A stretch of 64,000 bases of DNA from Bacteriovoracaceae bacterium UBA6144 (GTDB taxonomy: Bacteria > Bdellovibrionota > Bacteriovoracia > Bacteriovoracales > Bacteriovoracaceae). The translations under genes and the position numbers were made by a program. Positions 36,095 through 45,432 of the stretch are shown here, piece after piece; position 1 is the stretch's first letter, and every line of letters starts with the position of its first letter. The DNA is taken from the NCBI GenBank assembly GCA_002435705.1, contig DIVA01000052.1, positions 89,936 through 153,935 of the forward strand, given 5' to 3'. The notes under the pieces are model-generated. The model had not been told where the DNA came from. It saw only the letters and a list, made by a program, of their open reading frames with translations, and searched no databases.

Positions 36095-38701
36095 GTGATT
36101 TTAAATCTATTTCGTTATTTTTCCTTGCGCTATCTTATTCTTCATCCCTTTAGAAGTCTTTTGACAGCATTGGGTGTTGCTCTGGGCATATCATTGTTTT
36201 TGTCGATTCGACTCCTCAATGATGCGACGCTGAGATCTCTTGATCAAAACATTGAATCGATGACGGGGAAGTCAGATCTTACGATTACTTCTGATGGAAT
36301 GGGCTTCGAAGAGGCGGTACTGGAAAAAGTCAAGGCCCTCACATCCGTGAAGGCTGCCATCCCTCTCATATTAAATTACGCCTATGTTGATGATGCCCCC
36401 GATGCCACTCCCATGGTTTTCCTTGGGATTGATATGCTCAAGGACACATCCATTAGAGATTACAATGAGGGTGGGGGAGACATCGTTCCTGATCCACTGG
36501 CTTTTGTGAATCAAGCCGACAGTGTGATAGTCACAAAATCTTGGGCGAAACAGAACAATCTTCAGATGGAAGATAATATTGATCTGTTAACGAAAGAAGG
36601 GGTGAAGTCATTTGCCATTCGCGGCCTGATCGATAACGTAGGTCCAGCTAAAGCTTTCAATGGAATGCTGGCCATCATGGATATTGATGGGGCGCGATTT
36701 AATTTTGGCCGCGATGGTCTTTATGATCGTATTGATATTCTGATTCATCCTGGGTCGAACCTCGATGAACTAAAAACAGAGCTGCAGCAACTTCTGGGGT
36801 CGCGTTTTCGGATAGAGGATAAAACTGAGCAGTCTGAATCAATGCAGCAGCTCGTGAAGTCAGTGCAAGATGTTTCAAACCTCTTAGGTCTCATTGCTTT
36901 TCTTGTGAGTTTCATGATTATTGTGAACACCGTTAACACCGCGATCTCTCAGCGAAGAAAAGACATTGGTTCATTACGTGCTTTTGGAGCAGCTTCTCAT
37001 CACATCGTCATACTCTTTGCTGGTGAGTTTCTCTTCCTGGCCCTGATCAGTTCCATTCTTGGTTGTTTTATTGGGATCAGCTTTGCGGAGAGTTCAGCAG
37101 ATCAGATGGCCCGCGGTCTTAATTCGACCCTTATGACAAACGTGAATCAGATGGCGATCACTTTTGGACTAAGTGATTTTTTCGCCTCTGTTATCTTGGG
37201 GCTTCTCAGTTCCTCGGTCGCTTTAATCTATCCTCTCTATAAAGCGCTTCAGATAAACCCGATTGAAGCCATCAAGCCTGCAGTGGTTGATTTTACTCAT
37301 CATAAAAAGCCCAGGCTTTTCATCTGGGCCGCTTGGCTTGGATTTTTATTAATGAGTCTCACTGTGGCGGCTGATTTTTTCTCGGCTCAAGTGGAGTGGC
37401 TCCAGGCCAAAGACATCCAACCACTCATTCTTCTACTAGGACTCTCAGGAATTGTTCTCATGGGTCCCTACCTCGTTCTCACTCTCTTGGGGCTCATCCA
37501 TCGCTTGCCTTTGCCTTTTCTGTTTAAGTTTTCTATGGCGAATTTACTTAAAAATCCTCTCCGGACGGCCAGCACATCCATCCATCTTTCTTTGGGCTTT
37601 AGCCTCGTGATCATTGTAACGGCCATCAACCTCTCTTTTAAATCCACCATCCTAAGCTGGACCGAACGAATTACTAGTATGCCTCACTCCGTAAATATTA
37701 CTCCTTGGGGCAGTATTTCTGGGCTTCAGATTCAACCTCTGCATGAATCCTTGATTCCACGCTTAAAGGAAAGCCTGCCAGGGTTGAATCCCTTAAACCC
37801 TAAGCCCATTCTTGCGATACGTATTATTCCTCTGACCATTCAATCTCAGCGCTATATTGTGAAGGCTTACGATAAGCCTTCAAATACCTCAATCATCCGC
37901 TACATTGATCCTATTGAAGGGAAGCGGGAAGACTTGGCCAATGCTCTTTTTGATCCCTCACAAGACACGCTCCTTTTATCTGAGACGATGTTGAAACATA
38001 TAGGCAAAAAAGTCGGTGATCAATTTGAGATAGAGACTCCCTCTGGATTAGTAAGTTTTAGGATCGGTGGTAATATCCGTGAGTTCGCAAGCCCTAATGG
38101 TGTCATCTACATGGACCGTGAGGTTTATAAAAAATACTGGAAAGACCCTCTTGTCACTCTCCTCTCGGTCGATCATGACCCTGCTCTCACAAGTGTGGAT
38201 TATATCAAACTCATTAACTCTCAGGTCAAGGGAGAGCATCTTGTGGTGAATCTCCCGGCCAAGATTCGTGAAGAGGTGGCACGCAACCTGGAAGATAATA
38301 TGGCCATGAGTGACTCGACCAAATGGGTGGCACTTTTTATTGGAACATTAGGACTACTGAATTCAATCCTCATTGCTATCCTTCAGCGTTTTCGAGAACT
38401 GGGCTGTATTCGATCGATTGGTATGACCAAAGGGCAGATGCTTTTGATGATTCTGCTGGAATCAGCGAGCCTTGGATTTATCGGTATTATCGTTTCTTTT
38501 GCTCTCACTATTCCACTCTCTTATCTTTGGGTGAATTCGACCTTGAGCTATATGCTTGGCTGGAAAGTGGATTTCTTTTTTACGATGAAGGACTTCCTGT
38601 GGCTCTTTGGCATCGGTCTCTTTGTTTCATTTATTGCAGGCATCCTTCCGGCCATTAAAGCCTCAGGCCTAAAGTTGCGAGAGGCCCTAGAATACGAATG
38701 A
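36095..38701 (+). CDS. ABC transporter permease with two FtsX/MacB-type domains (YbbP-like)
   Basis: 868 aa. Two copies of the 4-TM FtsX module, each preceded by a large periplasmic domain (RKDIGSLRAFGA...; RELGCIRSIGMTKGQ...). Confidence 0.8.
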   Translation: MILNLFRYFSLRYLILHPFRSLLTALGVALGISLFLSIRLLNDATLRSLDQNIESMTGKSDLTITSDGMGFEEAVLEKVKALTSVKAAIPLILNYAYVDDAPDATPMVFLGIDMLKDTSIRDYNEGGGDIVPDPLAFVNQADSVIVTKSWAKQNNLQMEDNIDLLTKEGVKSFAIRGLIDNVGPAKAFNGMLAIMDIDGARFNFGRDGLYDRIDILIHPGSNLDELKTELQQLLGSRFRIEDKTEQSESMQQLVKSVQDVSNLLGLIAFLVSFMIIVNTVNTAISQRRKDIGSLRAFGAASHHIVILFAGEFLFLALISSILGCFIGISFAESSADQMARGLNSTLMTNVNQMAITFGLSDFFASVILGLLSSSVALIYPLYKALQINPIEAIKPAVVDFTHHKKPRLFIWAAWLGFLLMSLTVAADFFSAQVEWLQAKDIQPLILLLGLSGIVLMGPYLVLTLLGLIHRLPLPFLFKFSMANLLKNPLRTASTSIHLSLGFSLVIIVTAINLSFKSTILSWTERITSMPHSVNITPWGSISGLQIQPLHESLIPRLKESLPGLNPLNPKPILAIRIIPLTIQSQRYIVKAYDKPSNTSIIRYIDPIEGKREDLANALFDPSQDTLLLSETMLKHIGKKVGDQFEIETPSGLVSFRIGGNIREFASPNGVIYMDREVYKKYWKDPLVTLLSVDHDPALTSVDYIKLINSQVKGEHLVVNLPAKIREEVARNLEDNMAMSDSTKWVALFIGTLGLLNSILIAILQRFRELGCIRSIGMTKGQMLLMILLESASLGFIGIIVSFALTIPLSYLWVNSTLSYMLGWKVDFFFTMKDFLWLFGIGLFVSFIAGILPAIKASGLKLREALEYE

Positions 38702-39964
38702 GGCCCCAAAGCCGATAGAGCTGAGATCTTTGAGCACTCCGAGGGGAGTGTTAGAACTTCCCTCAAAAATCAGAGCATAGACTGAGAGGTGGAAATTCTC
38801 TGTCCACAGATAGTCAAATTGCGGCGTAAAAAGCTGAGCACTTTCATAGTGAAAGTAATTAAGCCATGAAAATTTAAATTTGAATTGATTCAATTCCAGC
38901 GGCTCATATTGGTAAACGATGAGTGAACCCAGGCGAGTCTCTTGATGTTGTGCTTGAAGTAAAAGATTAATGTTTTGCACTGAGCGAGTAATCTGATCAT
39001 TTGAGGGTGAGCGCTGGTAATCTGGGTAATGGTGAGCCACCGCTTGTAGGTTAAAGCGGTGATTATCTCCGACACTCTTTTCAAACCCTACAACTGCATC
39101 CAAGCGGTCTGGGTTCGTGATGGCATCGGCATTAGCAATAGTATCGAGGCGACGATGATAGGCCAATTCCGTTCGTACAATAAAAGTTTCGAAGTCTTTT
39201 GCCAGATTTAGACCATGGCTTTCCTGACGAACATGAATGGGTTTTAGGGTGATATTGAGGGGAAGAAGGTTACGTGACTGCTCAGTGAGTAGTGGTGTTT
39301 TGTTCACGCCTCGATAGAAGATGTAATCAAAATCAAAGCCTTCACCGAGGTAATTGAGCTTGAAGGCGTATTCTTGTTCTTGAAAGAGCTCTTGATCTCT
39401 CAGTGTGATGACATTTTTAGTCAGCCCACTATTGAGGAGAACATCTGAGTAGGCGTGTTCATGAACATACCAAAACTCAAAGCTCCAGGGGCTGGCCCCA
39501 CTTGAAGGAGTCCACTCAAGACTTGCACTGGTGTGACCCCTGCGCGTGAGAGCGTCATCAGTGACTAAAAGTAAGTTTCGTTTGCCGCTGAGAAAATCGG
39601 TGGGGTTGAGACCATCAGATTTTCCCCAAGAAGTGATCTGGCGACCTGCCTTAAGACGAAAACTTTCTGTCTTGTAAAGAAGGGAGAGTTGATTGAATTC
39701 TAAAAAAGTTTCACCCCGTTTTAAATCTTTGTTGGGCATGATGAGCAGGGGAGTTTGAATGGCATAGCCCAAGGTTTCTAAAGAGAATTGCCATGACTCA
39801 TGGGGCTTGTATTTGGCAAATATTCTGGCCCCGCCATTGTGCTGAGTTTCCTCTTGAAAGAGATGAGAGGTCTTAGAGAGGGAGTTGCCCCACATCTTTC
39901 CACCCCACTCAAAAGCATGGAGAGTTGGACTTAGCAGAAGGAGCAGTAGGGCTAATTTAGTCAT
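38687..39964 (-). CDS. putative outer-membrane beta-barrel protein
   Basis: Signal peptide MTKLALLLLLLSPTLHA. Alternating hydrophobic beta-strand pattern throughout. C-terminal GFGASFVF with terminal Phe, typical of OMPs. Confidence 0.5.
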   Translation of the reverse strand: MTKLALLLLLLSPTLHAFEWGGKMWGNSLSKTSHLFQEETQHNGGARIFAKYKPHESWQFSLETLGYAIQTPLLIMPNKDLKRGETFLEFNQLSLLYKTESFRLKAGRQITSWGKSDGLNPTDFLSGKRNLLLVTDDALTRRGHTSASLEWTPSSGASPWSFEFWYVHEHAYSDVLLNSGLTKNVITLRDQELFQEQEYAFKLNYLGEGFDFDYIFYRGVNKTPLLTEQSRNLLPLNITLKPIHVRQESHGLNLAKDFETFIVRTELAYHRRLDTIANADAITNPDRLDAVVGFEKSVGDNHRFNLQAVAHHYPDYQRSPSNDQITRSVQNINLLLQAQHQETRLGSLIVYQYEPLELNQFKFKFSWLNYFHYESAQLFTPQFDYLWTENFHLSVYALIFEGSSNTPLGVLKDLSSIGFGASFVF

Positions 39965-40751
39965 CTTTGCCTAGCTTCTGTTTGTAAAAGCGGGCTTCAG
40001 GAATAGCTGTTTTCCAGTCGACATTTGCAAACTCGAGAATCGTGAATTGTGAGTTCGTGAGATTTTTCATTTCAAGTTTTGTAAAAAAGAATTTTCCAGG
40101 ATTGATGGCAACGGGCTGGGTGGTATCGAGCTGTTTGAAAATCTTGTTATTTTGATCTAGGTAGTGCACTCGATCAGTCATCGAGTTATCCTGACGAATC
40201 CAGAGAATGAGTTTGTGATAACCCAGACGTTGAGCACTTTGAGGATTCTTGAGGGCGGAGTTAATCTTATAACACTTCACCTGTGCTAGGTTAGGACAGG
40301 TCTCTAGGCTTTCTTCTTTAAAAGTATAGTCTTCATTTTGCAAGGCCGTAATATCTGAGAAAGTGAAGTCACTGGCCATGAAGCTTGAGTTCTGTTGTGA
40401 GCTTTCGATGATGCGGGTTTTTTTAAATGTCGGCAGCCACATAAGAATTTCATTTTTTTCACCACTGCTTTCTAAAAAGAGAATGGCCTGATTCTTCACT
40501 GTGGCAGGCGTATGAAAAATAGTCAGAGTATTAAAGTGGATTTGATCTTTTTGGATCTGCCTCCACCAGGTAAAGGTCTTCTCTTGGCGCTTGCGCGTCC
40601 CCCCGTCAATAATGATCTTTCCTTCAGCTTTTAAGCTTAGTGTCTGGCGCGCCTTTTCATTTTTTGCCATGACATCCTTGGCCGTCCATTTTTGGGCGAT
40701 ACTTTCGTCGATAAAAATGAAAGAGGGCAAGAGAAGAAGAAAAAGAAACAT
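39957..40751 (-). CDS. outer-membrane lipoprotein-sorting (LolA-like, PF17131-type) protein
   Basis: Signal peptide. MWLPTFKKTRIIESSQQNSSFMASDFTFSDI closely resembles the LolA_like consensus (LYLPALKRVRRISSS..SFMGSDFTYEDL). Confidence 0.7.
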   Translation of the reverse strand: MFLFLLLLPSFIFIDESIAQKWTAKDVMAKNEKARQTLSLKAEGKIIIDGGTRKRQEKTFTWWRQIQKDQIHFNTLTIFHTPATVKNQAILFLESSGEKNEILMWLPTFKKTRIIESSQQNSSFMASDFTFSDITALQNEDYTFKEESLETCPNLAQVKCYKINSALKNPQSAQRLGYHKLILWIRQDNSMTDRVHYLDQNNKIFKQLDTTQPVAINPGKFFFTKLEMKNLTNSQFTILEFANVDWKTAIPEARFYKQKLGKDD

Positions 40752-40830
40752 TTAAAACCACCTTGTTTCCAACATCATAACTTATCGACTATCATGATGC
40801 GAACAGCTGATTGAATGTTTAAGGAAAATT

Positions 40831-41469
40831 ATGAAATTTCTTGTGCTCCTCGCTCTGATCGCCTGCTCGCATGTGCGTCATAATCATGCCAATAAACACA
40901 TGCATAAAAAGTCCCATGAAGAGCTGATCGCCCGCTTTGAAGATCCCCGCCGCGATCAATGGCAAAAGCCTTTAAATGTTTTAGACAAAATGGGTTCTCT
41001 CAAAGGGCTCACCTTGATTGATATTGGGAGTGGTGGGGGGTATTTTACGAAATATTTTATTTCGCGAACTCATAAGACTGTTGCTGCTGACGTGGATCAA
41101 GTTTTTCTTGATTTTGTGAGCTCACGCTTTAAAGATCAGTCGAATTTTGAAGCACGAAAAATTGGCTACACTGATCCTTTGATGAAGGAGTCGGAGTTTG
41201 ATGTGGCCTTTACCGCCAACACCTATCACCACATTGAAGATCGGGTGAACTACTTTTCTAAAGTGCACCGTGGATTAAAGTCTCAGGGCCGTTTAGTGAT
41301 TGTGGATTTTAAGAAAGATCAAAATGCTCAAAGCTTTGGTCCGCCCATTGATATGAGAATTGATTCAGCTCAGGTAGCCCAAGAGTTAAGAGCGGCGGGC
41401 CTTGAAATCCTGACTCTGGACGAGCAAAGTTTGGAGTTTCAGTACATCATCATCGCGCGCAAAAAGTAA
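40831..41469 (+). CDS. class I SAM-dependent methyltransferase with lipoprotein signal peptide
   Basis: Lipobox LALIAC, His-rich stretch, FEDPRRDQWQKP, motif I LIDIGSGGGYFTKYF. Confidence 0.65.
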   Translation: MKFLVLLALIACSHVRHNHANKHMHKKSHEELIARFEDPRRDQWQKPLNVLDKMGSLKGLTLIDIGSGGGYFTKYFISRTHKTVAADVDQVFLDFVSSRFKDQSNFEARKIGYTDPLMKESEFDVAFTANTYHHIEDRVNYFSKVHRGLKSQGRLVIVDFKKDQNAQSFGPPIDMRIDSAQVAQELRAAGLEILTLDEQSLEFQYIIIARKK

Positions 41470-41548
41470 AAAGCTCGGGAATTTTTTTCTGGGCCAAAGC
41501 ATGGGCTTTTTGAAATGATTTCAGGGTTTCATTCCCAGGAGTCATACA

Positions 41549-42454
41549 ATGTTTTTGCTCATGAGTTTACTATTTTCATTTTCTCTTCAGGCGCAACATT
41601 TGGATTTTGTCTGCCGTCAGGCCTATCTGCCATTAGGTGGAGGCTACTATCAACATAATCCACCGGTGATTCAAGACAACTACCTCGCCCGCAGAGCGCG
41701 CTTGCAAGAACGGGGGATGAGCTATGTGGTTGAGTCTTTACAGGGCAAGCGCATCTATCAAACTCCCGAGCGCATTTATGATCTCGTCGCCATCGACGAT
41801 CACCTGGTGCTGCTCATGGGCTTTAAGCTCTCGGTCATTAATCTACAGGGTCAACTCATCACAGAGTTTGCACTCAATGCTCTTCCTTACGGCGACTCTC
41901 ACGGCCGCTCCATGGTGCGCGTGGATCGCCACCTCTACATCGCTCGCGGGCAAGCCGGAGTATCAGCCTTCTCTATCGATGAGATGAAGATGGTGTGGGA
42001 CGCGGATCTGAGAGACATTGAAAAGGGTGGCGCAGCTGAAACCATCGTGTTTGATGGACAGCATTTGCGTCTCGTGGCGGCAACCACGCAGGAGTTTGGC
42101 TTCACTGGAATCGTCACCATGGATTTGTCGGGAAAAATTCTTCAGACCACTCCCTATGATACTCGCCGCTCAGGGGTTATTGGAGTCGGGGCGCGGGCGC
42201 GCTGGTTTAACGACTCACTCTTCATCAATAACCTGGGCTGGGTCCACATCTTTACTCGCGCACAGCTCGCCCAGTCCCGCGCTGTTAGAGCGCGCTGGTT
42301 GGCCCATCAAATCACTGAACCCAATAATCGCTACCACTATATGATGCTCACCGGAGACATGATCCTGGATGGACAAAAGATTGTGGGCTGTGGCCTGACC
42401 TATGAGGGAGCCGCTCGCGAGCGTGTGTCACGACTTTTTGAGATCAAACTTTAA
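41549..42454 (+). CDS. secreted hypothetical protein (possible LVIVD-like beta-propeller)
   Basis: Signal peptide. Repeated segments of the type DRHLYIARGQAGVSAFSI. No firm family assignment. Confidence 0.35.
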   Translation: MFLLMSLLFSFSLQAQHLDFVCRQAYLPLGGGYYQHNPPVIQDNYLARRARLQERGMSYVVESLQGKRIYQTPERIYDLVAIDDHLVLLMGFKLSVINLQGQLITEFALNALPYGDSHGRSMVRVDRHLYIARGQAGVSAFSIDEMKMVWDADLRDIEKGGAAETIVFDGQHLRLVAATTQEFGFTGIVTMDLSGKILQTTPYDTRRSGVIGVGARARWFNDSLFINNLGWVHIFTRAQLAQSRAVRARWLAHQITEPNNRYHYMMLTGDMILDGQKIVGCGLTYEGAARERVSRLFEIKL

Positions 42455-42459
42455 GTATT

Positions 42460-43290
42460 ATGCTGATCGATCCCTATTCGCATCCCCTGATTAAAGAGCG
42501 CCTACCGTGGAAGTCAGGTCGCTTTGTCATGGGCGTGGGACTGAAGCCCGTCAAGGCGAGTGAGATTTTTGATACCACTTCATTCTACCCAGAGTATATC
42601 GCCCAAAAAGCTGAACGGCGAGCAGAGAATCTCGAGCGCTACTATCCTCACTCAGTGGGGTTGAGCCCAGAGGAGCAAACCCTCGCGGTGGAGAAGATTA
42701 AAAGTTTTGTGCCACAGCTTGAACTCAACCGAGCGGGAGAGTACCGCGATGAGTTTGATCAAATGGTCACGCATCTCGCTGAAGATGTGAGTTTGTGGAA
42801 GAAAGAGGGCAGGCGCGAGTGGCTGGCGAGCATTCACCTGTGCGCGCCTAACCACTGGGCGGCCGGGGATAAGATTGGAAAGTCTTTCATTGATAGCCAT
42901 CTTCCGGTCCCAAAGATTGCGCCGATCGCGCAGATCGCTCTTAAACTTTTTGAACAATCCGTCGAGCGTGGAGCGCAGGAGCGCATGGCTTGGGGAGTAG
43001 CGACCGATACTATTTTGAACCACCACCCACAAGCTCCCTTCAAGGGCCGCTCGTTTAATCCTGCCCAGCCTGAGCTTTATGCTCGAGTGGAGCGGCAGAC
43101 TCTATGGCCTGTCACGGATGATCTTTTGATTTTTACCATCAGAACTTATTTCATCGATATCGCTAAACTCGAGAGAATAGACCGAGAGTTGATTGTGTCT
43201 TGTCTTAAATCGATGGATGAAGAGATTCTTCGTTATAAAGGTCTCATCCACGACCGAGAGAGCCAGATAGATTGGCTGATGAGTTTTTAG
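42460..43290 (+). CDS. DUF3445 family protein (heme-dependent oxidative N-demethylase-like)
   Basis: IHLCAPNHWAAGDKIGKSFIDSHLPVP resembles the DUF3445 core motif. 276 aa. Confidence 0.5.
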   Translation: MLIDPYSHPLIKERLPWKSGRFVMGVGLKPVKASEIFDTTSFYPEYIAQKAERRAENLERYYPHSVGLSPEEQTLAVEKIKSFVPQLELNRAGEYRDEFDQMVTHLAEDVSLWKKEGRREWLASIHLCAPNHWAAGDKIGKSFIDSHLPVPKIAPIAQIALKLFEQSVERGAQERMAWGVATDTILNHHPQAPFKGRSFNPAQPELYARVERQTLWPVTDDLLIFTIRTYFIDIAKLERIDRELIVSCLKSMDEEILRYKGLIHDRESQIDWLMSF

Positions 43291-44309
43291 AGAGCGACTA
43301 AGAGAAAGACAAGGATAGAAACTAAGCCCAAGCGGCTGCCTAGTTTTGGTATCTCGATCCCATGAACTGAAAAACCCCGATCCACCCAGCTTCCCACCAT
43401 GGCCATGGCAGATAATCCGGCGATAACGATCAGCAGTTTTTCTTCACCGTCATAAAAGTTTTCTTGAGATAAGAAAGCTGTGAGTCCCATAATTAAAGCA
43501 ATACTGATCAGGCTGATAGCTATTTTTTCATTCGCTCTGAGGGCCACTCTCGTAATAGGCTTAATCCATTTAGGCACAAATTGAATGAGGTTGGCATTCA
43601 AAGGATTCGTGTGTGATTGAACACGGTGAACGCCGAAGACCACTTTTTCACTCTCTGGCTCATAGGACTTAAAAAGATAATCCCAAACACTTAGGACACC
43701 AGCAAAATTTTTGTCGATGTATCTTTTATTCTTTCCGTGATGAACTCGATGGTGTGAGGGCGTGACAAAAAACCATTCAAAGATGGGGATGCGCTTTTCA
43801 AAGAGCTGCGTATGAGTCCAGATCTGAATCGCGGCATGCCCTGAGATGACGAGGATGTAGTCTTGGATGGAAAAACCCATAAGGGCCAGTGGCAGGGGAG
43901 TCCAGAAGGAGACGACCTTATGCCACCAAGGCATGCGCAGGCCCACGGAGTAATTGTAGTCTTCAGATTGGTGGTGCACTCCATGAATGGCCCAGAGCCA
44001 TTTGTTGGTGTGGCAGAGGCGATGGTTCAGATAAAAAATGAGATCGATCACGATAAATAAAACACCATAGTGAAGCCAGCGATTCTCGAGGTTCAAATGC
44101 AAGGAGGAAGTCTTCGTAAGCACGAGTGCATAGAGAGCGATGAGTGGGAGCTTAAAGAGCGCGTCCACAAAGAGCTGGCCCATGCCGCAGTAGATGTTGC
44201 CGAGAGTTTCGTGGAAGCGGTAGACGCTCTTGCCCTGGCGACGCATGAGCCAGTACTCCAGGAGCATCAGCAGAATAAACACGGGAATGGCCAAAACGAT
44301 CGGGTTCAT
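43287..44309 (-). CDS. fatty acid hydroxylase / sterol desaturase-family membrane di-iron enzyme
   Basis: His boxes HRLCH, HGVHH and HHRVHH in a polytopic protein. Extra C-terminal TM helices. Confidence 0.75.
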   Translation of the reverse strand: MNPIVLAIPVFILLMLLEYWLMRRQGKSVYRFHETLGNIYCGMGQLFVDALFKLPLIALYALVLTKTSSLHLNLENRWLHYGVLFIVIDLIFYLNHRLCHTNKWLWAIHGVHHQSEDYNYSVGLRMPWWHKVVSFWTPLPLALMGFSIQDYILVISGHAAIQIWTHTQLFEKRIPIFEWFFVTPSHHRVHHGKNKRYIDKNFAGVLSVWDYLFKSYEPESEKVVFGVHRVQSHTNPLNANLIQFVPKWIKPITRVALRANEKIAISLISIALIMGLTAFLSQENFYDGEEKLLIVIAGLSAMAMVGSWVDRGFSVHGIEIPKLGSRLGLVSILVFLLVAL

Positions 44310-44384
44310 TTTAAGCTCTCTTTAAGGAGCTCTCCTATACCATTGATCGAGGTGGTGCTGGGGAGAGTGTGAAAAAAGGTAAGA

Positions 44385-45320
44385 GTGAAAACCCGCCGAA
44401 TTGACCTTTTGTACCGATTAAGATGGCCCTGGTGGTACCTGCGCGGAAACCGCCCCTCAGCTAGACCCTTTAAGTGGGTCCCAAAGGGTGATAAAGCCTC
44501 TCAAGAAACCAAAGACCCTCAGGACATCGAGCTTGTTTTTCTAGGGGATCTTCTGGGAATGGGATCTCAAAAACTTGAACTTTCTCGCGAACTCCAAAGC
44601 TGGATGGGGGAGCCCAACTACATCGTCTTCAACCTCGAGGCCCAGGTCCAGACCGCAAACCACCTACCGCTACTAAAACAAAGCTTTCGAGACTTTTCAT
44701 TCTTTGAAAGCCTTAGAGAAAGTTTTCTCAAGACAAAGCTCATCGCCGGAGTCGCCAACAATCATTTTCATGATTTTGACTCACAGTCTCGAAAGAATTG
44801 CTTCGATGGACTAATAGAGCGCGGGATTTTAGTGTGCGGAGAAGAGGGACAAGAAACGCTTGATCTTGCTCCGAAGCTAAATCTCAAGTTTCACACTGCC
44901 TGGGTTGAAGACACAAATCAAAAGCCCGGGCCTTCTCCTATTGAAGATCTGAAGCTCGAAAAGAATGCTCAGCATATTCTTTTCCTGCACGCAGGTCAGG
45001 AGTTTTCAGTCGCTCCAGCCAAAGAGCTCGAAGAGTTCGAAGCAACACTTCCTCAAAATCTCCTCGCCCTAGTGTGTCATCACACGCATCGACCCAGCGG
45101 AATTGAATGGAGAAAGCAGCGCCTCGTCGCCTGGGGGCTTGGGAACTTTTGCACACCTTTTGGGGGCAACCCCGTTCGCTGGGGGCAGGTCTTGAAGCTA
45201 CGTCTGAGTCGCGGGGAGAGTGCGTGGCGGATCAGTCACGTTGACTGGAGTTTTTTGAAGTGCAGGAGAGTGTCGGGGAAGTCGGTTGTGGAGCTGCAGG
45301 AGAGTTACCCGTATCTTTGA
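44385..45320 (+). CDS. CapA/PGA_cap-like metallophosphatase-fold protein
   Basis: LVFLGDLLG ... FNLEA ... GVANNHFHDF ... CHHTHRP pattern typical of CapA-type proteins. GTG start. Confidence 0.45.
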   Translation: MKTRRIDLLYRLRWPWWYLRGNRPSARPFKWVPKGDKASQETKDPQDIELVFLGDLLGMGSQKLELSRELQSWMGEPNYIVFNLEAQVQTANHLPLLKQSFRDFSFFESLRESFLKTKLIAGVANNHFHDFDSQSRKNCFDGLIERGILVCGEEGQETLDLAPKLNLKFHTAWVEDTNQKPGPSPIEDLKLEKNAQHILFLHAGQEFSVAPAKELEEFEATLPQNLLALVCHHTHRPSGIEWRKQRLVAWGLGNFCTPFGGNPVRWGQVLKLRLSRGESAWRISHVDWSFLKCRRVSGKSVVELQESYPYL

Positions 45321-45352
45321 GGGTTGAGTAGAATACTCGGGGAGCAAGGGTT

Positions 45353-45373
45353 GCCTTTAGAATCGGTAAAGGC
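45353..45373 (+). terminator. hairpin GCCTTTA-N7-TAAAGGC followed by ATTT; weak intrinsic terminator candidate
   Basis: Read directly, 33 nt after the capA-like stop. The T-tract is short. Confidence 0.3.
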
Positions 45374-45432
45374 ATTTGGGATGAAAAAATGAGACTATCT
45401 TTTATAAATCTAGACGAAGTTTTGGAGAGTAA

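Noticed and set aside
41470-41548. Possible terminator after the exported methyltransferase (CAAAGC-ATGG-GCTTTTTG).
   Set aside because: The stem is imperfect, with two unpaired T, and is weak. It is not convincing.
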